A DNA stretch of 64,000 nucleotides from Patescibacteria group bacterium (GTDB taxonomy: Bacteria > Patescibacteriota > UBA1384 > XYA2-FULL-43-10 > 1-14-0-10-43-13), in NCBI GenBank assembly GCA_038078835.1, contig JBBTQI010000005.1, positions 43,901 through 107,900 on the forward strand. The letters are read 5' to 3'. Below the pieces are notes generated by a model. That model searched no databases. It was not told the DNA's origin and saw only the letters and a program-made list of their open reading frames with translations. Below are positions 43,940-53,500 of the stretch, in pieces. Every line of letters starts with the position of its first letter. Positions within the stretch are counted from its first letter, which is position 1. The position numbers and the translations under genes were made by a program.

Positions 43940-45043
43940 TTAATAAACCATCATCTTAAAACTCTTGGTGTCTAGGGACCATCCCAATGCATCCTCGAGA
44001 CTAATATCGCCCCGAGAGACAAATTCAGCCAAAACCTTGTCCAGACTTATCATACCCTCTGAGGCAGATGTCTGGATGACATTGGGAATCTGGTAATTTT
44101 TGCCCTCGCGAATCAAGCTCTTGATCGCCGAGTTGGCCATCATAATCTCCGCCGCCAAGACCCGGCCGCCGCCGATTCGCGGAATAAGGCGCTGCGAGAC
44201 AACACCAAGCAGAACCGAGGCGAGCTGGCTTGAGATTTGCTGTTGGAGGTGGGGCGGAAAGACGGAGACAACACGATCGGCCGTCTGAGCCGCCGAATTG
44301 GTATGAGCCGTTGTAAAAACCAGGTGGCCGGTTTCAGCAATAGTTAAAACCGCCTCGATCGTCTCAAGATCGCGCATTTCACCGACAAGCACAACATCGG
44401 GATCTTCGCGCAAAGCGGCTCGAAGCGCTCGAGCAAAGGTGTTGGTGTCATTGCCGACTTCCCGCTGTGAGATAATACTCTTTTTGTGCTCAAAGACGTA
44501 CTCGATCGGATCCTCGATCGCAATAATATGTTTGCGTTGTTCCTGGTTGATCTTGTCAACAATGGCGGCGAGCGTCGTTGATTTACCCGAACCGGTCGGG
44601 CCGGCCACAACAACCAGGCCTTGGCTGTGTTCGGAGAATCGCTCCAGTATCGGCGGCAAACCCAGATCCCCGAAACCGCGAATTTCTTTAGGAATAAGAC
44701 GAAGCGAGGCGGACAAACTGCCCCGCTGGTAGTAGATATTTGCCCGGAAACGAATCTCTTTGTAGCCGAAGGAAAAATCAACCTCCTTCTTTTGCTTGAC
44801 GGTATTGAGCATCTCAGCTGTTGCAAAGGAAGAGATAATATCTAAAACTTTCTCGGCGGTTAAGACCGGCACGTCCGGAATATCGAGCAGTTTTCCATCA
44901 ATCCGAACCGCCACCGGCACACCGACATTAAAGTGAATGTCTGAGGCACCCTTCTCCAGGGCATAGTTAAGATAGCTGGCAATCTCGGACGCGGCTTTTT
45001 CACTCACATTCCCTCCTAGTTCCTTGTTTTTATCTTTCCCCAT
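43940..45043 (-). CDS. pilT: Type IV pilus retraction ATPase
   Basis: GPTGSGKST, EDPIE, ALREDPD, AETGHLV, AIKSLIRE. Confidence 0.96.
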   Translation of the reverse strand: MGKDKNKELGGNVSEKAASEIASYLNYALEKGASDIHFNVGVPVAVRIDGKLLDIPDVPVLTAEKVLDIISSFATAEMLNTVKQKKEVDFSFGYKEIRFRANIYYQRGSLSASLRLIPKEIRGFGDLGLPPILERFSEHSQGLVVVAGPTGSGKSTTLAAIVDKINQEQRKHIIAIEDPIEYVFEHKKSIISQREVGNDTNTFARALRAALREDPDVVLVGEMRDLETIEAVLTIAETGHLVFTTAHTNSAAQTADRVVSVFPPHLQQQISSQLASVLLGVVSQRLIPRIGGGRVLAAEIMMANSAIKSLIREGKNYQIPNVIQTSASEGMISLDKVLAEFVSRGDISLEDALGWSLDTKSFKMMVY

Positions 45044-45091
45044 TATAACACATTACCAATGTATCTCAGCCTCCGCACGTGTTCTTTGTGT

Positions 45092-47533
45092 TTATGTATT
45101 ATTCAATGTTGCCTGCAAAACCTCATCGATCGTGGTTAATCCCTGCAGGGCCTTTAATATTCCATCCTGGCGCATAGTAATCATCCCCGACCTGATTGCC
45201 GCCTCCTTTATTTCGTTGGCCGATCGCCGGGAAATGGCCAGCTCCTCAATCTCGGGGGTTATTCCCATAACTTCAAAAACCCCAACCCTCCCCCGAAAAC
45301 CCTGCGAACAATTCTCGCAACCCCGACCGTAGTAAAAGTGAATATCGCCGCTAAAGCGACTCCGGTCAGCATAATTCCGGGGCGGTATCTTTTGCAATTC
45401 GGCCGCAACCTCTTCCTTTAGCTTCTCCGGCACCTTCATCTCCTCTTTGCATTTAACGCAGATGCGCCGGACCAGACGCTGGGCAACAACAACATTAATC
45501 GATGAGGTAATCAGAAACGGCTCAACACCCATATTAATCAAACGCGGCAGGGTTCCGGCCGTGTCGTTGGTGTGCAAGGTTGTCAGTACCAGGTGGCCGG
45601 TTAGGGCGGCGTGCGTGGCCATTCCCGCCGTCTCGACATCTCTCACCTCTCCCACCATAATAACGTTTGGATCCTGGCGCAAAACGCTTCTTAAGCCCGT
45701 CGCAAAATTAAATCCGATCTCCGGCTTAACCTGACACTGGCTTACACCCGGCACTTCATATTCGACAGGATCCTCAAGCGTCACAATATTGATTCCGGGA
45801 ATGCTTAAGCGGCTAAGCAGAGCATAGAGAGTCGTCGACTTGCCGGAGCCGGTCGGGCCGGTGGCTAGAATAATCCCATAAGGCTGACCGATTGCCTGAA
45901 TGGTCAAATTAAAGGCGCTACCCTGCATACCCAAGTCTTCGAGCGAGAGAATAGTCTGGTCTTTGTCCAGTATCCTCAGCACAACCTTCTCGCCGTGAAT
46001 GGTCGGCAAGGTCGAAACCCGAACATCAACGTTTCTGCTCTTAAAGATCAGACCGAATCGTCCGTCTTGGGGGATTCGGGTTTCATCAATTTTGAGGCGC
46101 GACATAATTTTTATCCGGCTGATAATTGGAGGATGGAGCTTGAGTGGAACCTTAACGATGTCGCGCAAGATCCCGTCTACCCGGCAGCGTACGCGCAAGT
46201 GCTTGCTCCCCGGCTCAAGGTGAACATCGGATGCTTTATTAACGAGAGCATAATCAATCACCCCGGCCACAATCTTGGGTACATATGCCTCGCTTACGAT
46301 CTCTCCCAGGTCTTTATCGGTGGAGATCTCGCGGCCGTCCAGTAAAACATCCAGTTTGTTCTCCTCGAGTGCCTGCTGGTCGCGCTTTTCCTTAACAGAA
46401 ACCTCCTCTGCCGCCGCCGGAACCTTTAGTCGGTCCCCCTCCGCACCTGCCGGCAACTCTGCCGCTTGAATCGGCTCATTCTCAATCTTCACCTCTTTTT
46501 CTGTCTCCCCTCCGGGTGATTTGGCTGATTCTTCGGCCTTCGGCCTTTGGCCTTCGGCTATTTGCCTTTCCCCCTCCTTGGGTTCGCCCTCCTCAAAAGC
46601 ACGGAGTTGGGGCACCTCGTCAATGGTAATGGCGGGATCGTCTTTGGGCACAAAAAGAGACTCAAGAAAAGATGCGGACCATGCCTTATTTCCCCCCTCC
46701 CGGACCGGCTCCTCTTCAACCTGAGATTCCGTCTCCTCTTGGCTGCCCTGATCGTATTTTTTTAAGACGTAGTCAATATCCTCACGGGAAGTTGCAAAGA
46801 GTTCAATCGCAACCCCGTTTTCCTTAACAATATAATCAATAATCTTTTTGGTCAAAACAGAATCAGGCTCCTCGCAGGCAATCATTAAGCCGCCCGTCTG
46901 TTTTTCAGCAAAGACCACCAGACGATATTTGGCAATAAAATCCTTGGGCATCTTGTGCAAAAGATGAACGGAAATATTTTGGTTGCGCAAATAAACAACC
47001 GGCAGACTTCCCCTCTTCATCAGCAAAGCGCTTTTGTTTTGGCTGCCGTATTGTTTTAGGGCGCTGATAAAATCATTTTCGCCGGTAATATACAATTCAA
47101 CCGTCAATTCCCTTTTTTCCAACAAATTAGCCAAGCCCACGGCATATTGAGCCAAAAGATCCGCCGGACGAGCAACGGCAAGCCTTAAAATGTTGTCATT
47201 TAGACCAAAGGGCACAACACCGTATTTTCGGGCAAATTTTTCCGGTACTGCCGCCAAAGCCTCCTTGGAGATCTCAAAATTTTGCAGGGAGACAAAGGGG
47301 AGTTTTAAGAGAATGCCGTAAGCTTTATTTATGGTGTCGCGAGTAACCAGGCGGTTTTTGGTTAAAAAGTTTTCAATCTCGCGATTAGTCCGAAAGTGTT
47401 TTTTAAGTTTGTCGGCATCGCTTAGATCCAAGGTATTCTGCACGACAAAAACATCCAGGATCGATTGACCGGAGGCATTGTAACCGTTAAGCAACCGAAG
47501 GGCGTTTTGCGGCTTTTGGGTAATTTGAGACAT
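45092..47533 (-). CDS. pilB: Type IV pilus assembly ATPase with duplicated N-terminal domains
   Basis: ASDVHLEP, PQDGRF, GPTGSGKST, LRQDP, CxxC..CxxC. Confidence 0.95.
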   Translation of the reverse strand: MSQITQKPQNALRLLNGYNASGQSILDVFVVQNTLDLSDADKLKKHFRTNREIENFLTKNRLVTRDTINKAYGILLKLPFVSLQNFEISKEALAAVPEKFARKYGVVPFGLNDNILRLAVARPADLLAQYAVGLANLLEKRELTVELYITGENDFISALKQYGSQNKSALLMKRGSLPVVYLRNQNISVHLLHKMPKDFIAKYRLVVFAEKQTGGLMIACEEPDSVLTKKIIDYIVKENGVAIELFATSREDIDYVLKKYDQGSQEETESQVEEEPVREGGNKAWSASFLESLFVPKDDPAITIDEVPQLRAFEEGEPKEGERQIAEGQRPKAEESAKSPGGETEKEVKIENEPIQAAELPAGAEGDRLKVPAAAEEVSVKEKRDQQALEENKLDVLLDGREISTDKDLGEIVSEAYVPKIVAGVIDYALVNKASDVHLEPGSKHLRVRCRVDGILRDIVKVPLKLHPPIISRIKIMSRLKIDETRIPQDGRFGLIFKSRNVDVRVSTLPTIHGEKVVLRILDKDQTILSLEDLGMQGSAFNLTIQAIGQPYGIILATGPTGSGKSTTLYALLSRLSIPGINIVTLEDPVEYEVPGVSQCQVKPEIGFNFATGLRSVLRQDPNVIMVGEVRDVETAGMATHAALTGHLVLTTLHTNDTAGTLPRLINMGVEPFLITSSINVVVAQRLVRRICVKCKEEMKVPEKLKEEVAAELQKIPPRNYADRSRFSGDIHFYYGRGCENCSQGFRGRVGVFEVMGITPEIEELAISRRSANEIKEAAIRSGMITMRQDGILKALQGLTTIDEVLQATLNNT

Positions 47534-47656
47534 CGTGTTTCTAAAATCAAAACACTAACCGAGTAATAATCAATGAAAGAGATGAGGTATAAACAATAAC
47601 CAAACAGTTTGGTAATTGCCGCTTAGTGATTGGTTATTGTTTTTTGATTATTGGAT

Positions 47657-47917
47657 TTAGGGTTGTTCAAACGGATTTTCGCGCCCCATTTTATTGATCG
47701 GCACCGCCAGCGGCAAATTGCTGAGATTCTCCCGGCCGTCCAAGAGCCCCTTGGCCTTAATCTTTATCGTTTCGATCTCCACCGGCTGAAGATCAAGCGA
47801 AACGGCATAACTCTCCAGCGAGGCCCGAGAAAGCGTCCAGAGCCAGAAAAAAACCGCCAATGTACCGGCCAGAATAATCATTCCGCCAAACAAACCCAAA
47901 GTTCTGATCATATTCAT
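47657..47917 (-). CDS. Small pilus-associated membrane protein
   Basis: TM helix and C-terminal GRENPF; follows pilO. Confidence 0.7.
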   Translation of the reverse strand: MNMIRTLGLFGGMIILAGTLAVFFWLWTLSRASLESYAVSLDLQPVEIETIKIKAKGLLDGRENLSNLPLAVPINKMGRENPFEQP

Positions 47918-47923
47918 CTCCCG

Positions 47924-48505
47924 CTAAACTCCCCCCTCGGAAACGCCGCTAGCAGAGACACTCGGCGATACGCCAGCCCGGCGATATGCTTCGATCTGAA
48001 GCGACAAGGATAAGCCGTTGTCGCCCTCAGACAGGCTCAGGGATTTAATATTCATAAAGCGAATACTTTTCTCAAGAGAGGTAATAAATTGATTCAGCTC
48101 CGTAAAACTACCCTTAACACTAAATGAAATCTGAATTGCTCCGGGCGTTGCCGCTGCGGTACTGCTTGAAGCGGCAGTGTTGTCGCTAATTTGAATTGAG
48201 GGAATGTAGGTATTATGCTTGGCCGCGATTGCCTCCAGCTCAACTATTAAATCCTCCTTGCCGGTGCCTTCGGGAACCGCCACCAGCATTTGATCAACGA
48301 TCGCGCCCAGGTCGCTCATGCTTTGCTTGGCTGTCTTGAGCGACTCCAGCTTTGCCCGGGCTGACTCTATCTCGCTTTTGGCTAAATAGTAGTCGCGCCG
48401 GTTCTGCTTATACCCGGGAATAATTAAACTAAAGGAGAGATAAAAACAGACACCAACGGCAAAGATAGTCAAAGCCAGAAAAGACGTCTTGTTGTCCCGC
48501 CTCAT
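47924..48505 (-). CDS. pilO: Type IV pilus assembly protein PilO
   Basis: TM, coiled coil, SVKGSFTELNQFITSLEKSIRFMNI. Confidence 0.88.
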   Translation of the reverse strand: MRRDNKTSFLALTIFAVGVCFYLSFSLIIPGYKQNRRDYYLAKSEIESARAKLESLKTAKQSMSDLGAIVDQMLVAVPEGTGKEDLIVELEAIAAKHNTYIPSIQISDNTAASSSTAAATPGAIQISFSVKGSFTELNQFITSLEKSIRFMNIKSLSLSEGDNGLSLSLQIEAYRRAGVSPSVSASGVSEGGV

Positions 48506-49107
48506 TGGACCCCCTTTGTTGTGCTGGAAACAGCCTCCGGTGAGACCGATTTATCAATTTTAGCCGTAATTGAAAAGCTGGCCGTGGCCTTACCCTCGGT
48601 ACTAAGAGAGACGGCTGAGGTGCCAATGTCAACATCCTTGAGCGCCGACCAGCTCTTTAGCGCCAGGGAGAGATCGGCAATCGAGCGATAGGATGAGGTC
48701 TTGCCGTCAATCGCCAGGGTGCCATCGGATTTCATAGAAATAGCACTAACCTCAACATCCGATGTTACCCGCTTGTAAAGTTGAGTCAAAAAGGTTGAGG
48801 CGGGATAACTTTTCGTTTTGGCCTCGGAGAGTTTCTCCACCGCGGCCTTAAAACCGGCCGCCTTCTCCTCGACATCGGCATAAGTGGGACTGGCTATCTC
48901 GGAGATAATTTCGTTTCGCTCCTGTTGCTTCTCGGCCAATGTGCCGGCCAGATTGCGGCTGGCGAGCCAAAAATACGCTGTCGCGCCGATAGCGGCAAAA
49001 ATTGCCAGCCAACAAAAAAGAACACCGAAATCAAACCCCGGTCGCTCACCAAAAGTAACCAGATCGTCCTTACCCTTTGCCGCCTTGGTCGGCGAAGCAA
49101 ACTCCAT
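48502..49107 (-). CDS. pilN: Type IV pilus assembly protein PilN
   Basis: TM, coiled coil, LAIDGKTSSY; coupled to pilO. Confidence 0.8.
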   Translation of the reverse strand: MEFASPTKAAKGKDDLVTFGERPGFDFGVLFCWLAIFAAIGATAYFWLASRNLAGTLAEKQQERNEIISEIASPTYADVEEKAAGFKAAVEKLSEAKTKSYPASTFLTQLYKRVTSDVEVSAISMKSDGTLAIDGKTSSYRSIADLSLALKSWSALKDVDIGTSAVSLSTEGKATASFSITAKIDKSVSPEAVSSTTKGVQ

Positions 49108-49212
49108 AAACCCTCCTAGACTCTAACCCAATGCAACGATACTATCAATATAATAAACCCTATCCGGCAACCGGTCAATGCTTTAGAGGAATTGTGCGAC
49201 ATTGGTGTTGTC

Positions 49213-50493
49213 TTAGAAACGCTTGGTTGCCCCCAAGAATAGCCCGGAGATTGTAAATTTGGGAGGTTTGCCGCTTCGCATTGACCTACCGTCCGGCGAG
49301 ACGGCAAACTGAAAGAAAACATGGGTACCCTCGCCGCCCTTTTTTAAATAAATCCTCGGCAACAGTAGAGTTTCATTTCCCGTATAGACCTTCATATTAT
49401 TCAAACAAGCGAATGCCTCCATCGCCAGATGAGCGCCGGTAATAAGGCGGCGAGTTGCGGCGCTCATATTGCCGCCCTCAACTTCTTCATTGAGAAGGTT
49501 GAAGATGTCTTTTGTGCCCTTAGTGTGTACTCGTTCTAGAACAGAAAACTCCTGGTCCGTTATTAAGCCTTTATCCTTCATCCTTTGCAACACTGCAATA
49601 TAAGGATTTAGTCCCTCGCGCCCTCGACCCTGATTGATGGCGAATTCGGTTGTAGCATAATCAACATTAGTAAAAAAGAAATCAAGCGCTTCTATAACGC
49701 TATCAAAATTGGTGTCTTTAACTTTGATCGCCATTTCTTCTTCCAGGGTGTTTGTGACATAGTCTTCAAGCTGGCGATATGCCCTGCTGGTTTCACCGGT
49801 TTTATTGGCATCAGCCAAGGTGTCAAGTATTACTTTCTGAAAGTTTTGATTAAATTCCTGATCTGGATTTCGGCCCGAATCCCGATTGTCTCGATTAAAT
49901 TGCTCGATAGTTTCCCTGACATATTGTTGGTATTCGGCCATTCTTGCGGCGGCAGTGGAGATGGTAGCGCTTTGCGTTTCAGGGCTGTTGATGGTTTCTG
50001 CAACCTCCCTTTCAAGAGTAGGCGCTATTGTTTCAATTGCGGTTGGATCCGGCGCGTCTTTGGCGAGTGTTTGTATTTGCTGTTCCGTTTTTTTGATTGC
50101 GCGCTCGGTGTGTCCCGGTGTTCCGATCTCAGTTAAATTTTCCTCTGTTTCATATAGATAATCGGCTAGCTTGTCATCAAGTGATTCAAGGGGGCAATCT
50201 GTTTTAGTGCAGCGGACACCGTTTACAGTCACTTCCTCGCTTTTGGCCCCGGTGAATCTTTCTGCGAGACTGGCTGTTGCTCTTGCTACTGCCGCTTCTG
50301 TGGCGACGTGTTCGTTTTCTGCTTTTACTCCAGAGACCGAGAGACTGAGTAGGAAGGGAACAAGAACCCTGACAAAGCGATTATTTTTATTATCCCTTAA
50401 CCACTGCATAAAACGGTTATTTCCGCTATCTCCTTCTCTGTTTTCTGTTTGCGATACAGGGCTGTCAATAGTGCTTGGACCAAATTCACTCAT
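49213..50493 (-). CDS. Hypothetical protein with one hydrophobic segment
   Basis: 426-aa ORF, RBS GGAGG. Confidence 0.8.
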   Translation of the reverse strand: MSEFGPSTIDSPVSQTENREGDSGNNRFMQWLRDNKNNRFVRVLVPFLLSLSVSGVKAENEHVATEAAVARATASLAERFTGAKSEEVTVNGVRCTKTDCPLESLDDKLADYLYETEENLTEIGTPGHTERAIKKTEQQIQTLAKDAPDPTAIETIAPTLEREVAETINSPETQSATISTAAARMAEYQQYVRETIEQFNRDNRDSGRNPDQEFNQNFQKVILDTLADANKTGETSRAYRQLEDYVTNTLEEEMAIKVKDTNFDSVIEALDFFFTNVDYATTEFAINQGRGREGLNPYIAVLQRMKDKGLITDQEFSVLERVHTKGTKDIFNLLNEEVEGGNMSAATRRLITGAHLAMEAFACLNNMKVYTGNETLLLPRIYLKKGGEGTHVFFQFAVSPDGRSMRSGKPPKFTISGLFLGATKRF

Positions 50494-50541
50494 ATTTCCT
50501 CCATCCTTAATTTATTCTTTTGTTTAAATAAAAGGTATCAC

Positions 50542-53500
50542 CTATTTTTCCTTCGTCAGCGGAATATTTAAATACCTAAATCCCGGCGGCCAAAATTGGC
50601 TCAGCATATAATCATAAACGAAGCGGACATTGTTTATGCCGGCGATATCAAACTTATTGGCGACAAAAGAACCGCGAAACTCGACGTTGCCGGGATCATC
50701 AACAATGATATCGTCTTGGCAAAAGAGAGATGCTTCAATGGCGTTATTGCCGCCAAAATAACAATCTCCTGCTTCAAGGCTAACTATCATGATCGTGCTA
50801 ACTACAACTGAATCCTCAACCGTGCCGGCGGCGGAATTGCAACGTAAAACAAAACGCGTGTTGGTATTAACGGTTGTTGAATATATCCCGGTCAAATTCG
50901 TCGAAGAAATCAATTGCGCCCGCCAACCTGAATCACCGCTTAGAGGAGTACAGGTTGTAACGGAGGTTAAGTTCCAGGAAATGTTCACTGCCGATCCCCG
51001 CTCCACTGTAATTTGATTATCCTGACCATTAGCCAGGAGGCTCACCGCCGCCGGAGGCGGGGGCGGCAACGTGCTGGTTAACACAAAATCATCAGATGCA
51101 CTATTGTTGGCCTTGTCGACAGCTGCTAGTCTCAGTGTATATCTCCCAGGGCCATCGGTTTGAACTGCCGTGACCGGAGAGTTCGGCTGGCCGAATGACA
51201 CATTCCCCGGCCCCGACACTTTCGACCACGAGTAGCTGGCGATACCAGACCCCGGCGCCGGATCAGTAGCACTCCCCTCTTGGGTAAAAGCACCGCTTAC
51301 GCTTTTATCTGCGCCAGCACTTACCACCGGAGCAACACTATCATAAAAAAGGGTAAGCTGACTGGAGGCAATATTGCCATTTCCTTCGCTATCATTTGCA
51401 GTATTAGCTAAAATATTCACCGAAACATTACCTTGATTTATCGGATATACAAAGAAAGAATATTCTTTGTTGTCGGCGGTTGTCAAACCGGATACCGTTC
51501 CATTAACAACCTGAATATCAGACAACTCAAACCCCGAGACGGCCCGATCAAAAACCGCTGTTACCGGAATCGGAACATCTCTATTGAACTCCCGTGAAAC
51601 AGACAGTGTCACCGAGGGATTGGTCTTTACCGGCACCTCAAAAGTATATTCCAGCAAATTGCCGCTCTCGTCAAAACCGCCGATTCTAAATGTGATAATA
51701 TCATTTGTCGTTAAGCCTACCGGTATTTCAGCCTTATACCCCCCAAGATCTGCCAGCACAAGAGCCATGTCATTAAAATTGGTTCCGTCAGTCGAGTAAG
51801 CGGAATTAACATTGGCAACAGCTTTATACTCACCTAATCCGCCATCGTCCAGCTCGAATTCAAGAGAGTTGCTCTTTTGGGGGTAGTAAAATTCGCTATA
51901 TTTCCCCGCCGTAAAGAAATTAAGCCGAGCTATACTGGGAGGATTCGGATCAGTTTTCCCTGAATCAAATTTGGCATAAACCTTGGCATGAAACTCTTTC
52001 CCGTCGACGTGACTAATCAAAGAATCATGATAGAACTCATAAACTGAACCGGGAATATTAGAAAACTGGGAAAACTCCTCGATGATTTTTGGATAATCAC
52101 CAATCATAAATCCTGACAAATTCTTATTAACAACTTCAGTGCCCTCTTTAACCAACCTAATTTTTGAAGCATCAGAATCAGTAACCGAATAATCCTGACC
52201 AATAAAATAACTACTATCAGCCGGCCAATATGTCCAAACATTTAAACGGTAAAAGTTATCAACAAACATTCCGTTCCAGTGCTTTGGTGTAAAGCCGCTT
52301 TGAAACCTGCCACCAACTAGGGTACGGATGCGACTTTCATCTGCAAAATAATATGAAGTGATTTTGTTACTAGATGGATTAAACTGGTATGAATGCTGAA
52401 CAGGCATACCACGATCTTTCGATAGAATACTATGTTGGCCCACCATATCCTCAAAAGGAAGCGCGTATATTCTTACAGTATTCCAAACCCTGGATGATTT
52501 CCTGGAAATAAAAGCTGTAAACGCACTCCCTCCACCCAGTGGGGCATAAATAACTGACAACACAGAATTTAGTATATCTGTAGGATACTTGCTCTGATAA
52601 TAATCAGTATTTCTAACATCTATTTCCCTTGTAATAAAATCACTCGGTTCATTTTTAATAAGAATATCATCATTAATGCCGTTAAAAGACAGGGAAAATA
52701 AGTGGGCAACTTGTGTCGGCTGAGGTTCTCGAACGCTAACCAATCCAAATGAATAATCAGAACTCATGTCGCTAAAATAAAAATCATTAAAAAAGGAATC
52801 GTTGGGCTCGTTCCAACTCCAAGTCCCGTACAATCTTATCCCCCTTCCATGAGGGCGATAAAATGCCCCCATGGAATAACTGCCCAGATCGTTTATCCTA
52901 TTTCCGTTTATATCTTTGAACTCTTTTTTTACCTTATGATTAGCCGAATTAAAGTCAACCGTAAACTCGATACTTCCATCACCATCATTCTGCTTAAGTG
53001 ATTCATTAAAGATAAAATAGGTAGACGATCCAACAAAGTTAGGGTCATAATGCAACACCGATACCCTTGTTATCACATCATAAGGACCGCTTCCGTCTGT
53101 AAAAATATCGTTATCTCCCTCGGTTACAAATTTTTCAACTATATCATTTGCCCAGTCGTTCTGCTGGTTGCTTCTATCATAAAAAAAGGATTCTGCTCTA
53201 ACAACGAGTTGGTTACTGCTAGCGGGCAGATTGATCATTTTGGCCACAGCTTTAAAGTATTTGGTAAATTTAACGTGAATTTTATAGTCGCCGGCAATCA
53301 TAATACCCTTGTATTGGCCGTTTGCCAGATTCCCGTTGGCAACCGAGATTGCAACCGGAACCTCTCTGGTTTCAGACGGTAAGAGTGTTACAGCGCTCGC
53401 CGCTTCTCCAGTAATCGCTACAGCAGAAGGAAACTGAGAAAGAGAAAAGGGCACTTCTTTGCTAATATCTGTCCTAAAATTTTTTAGAGTAAAATTCCTG

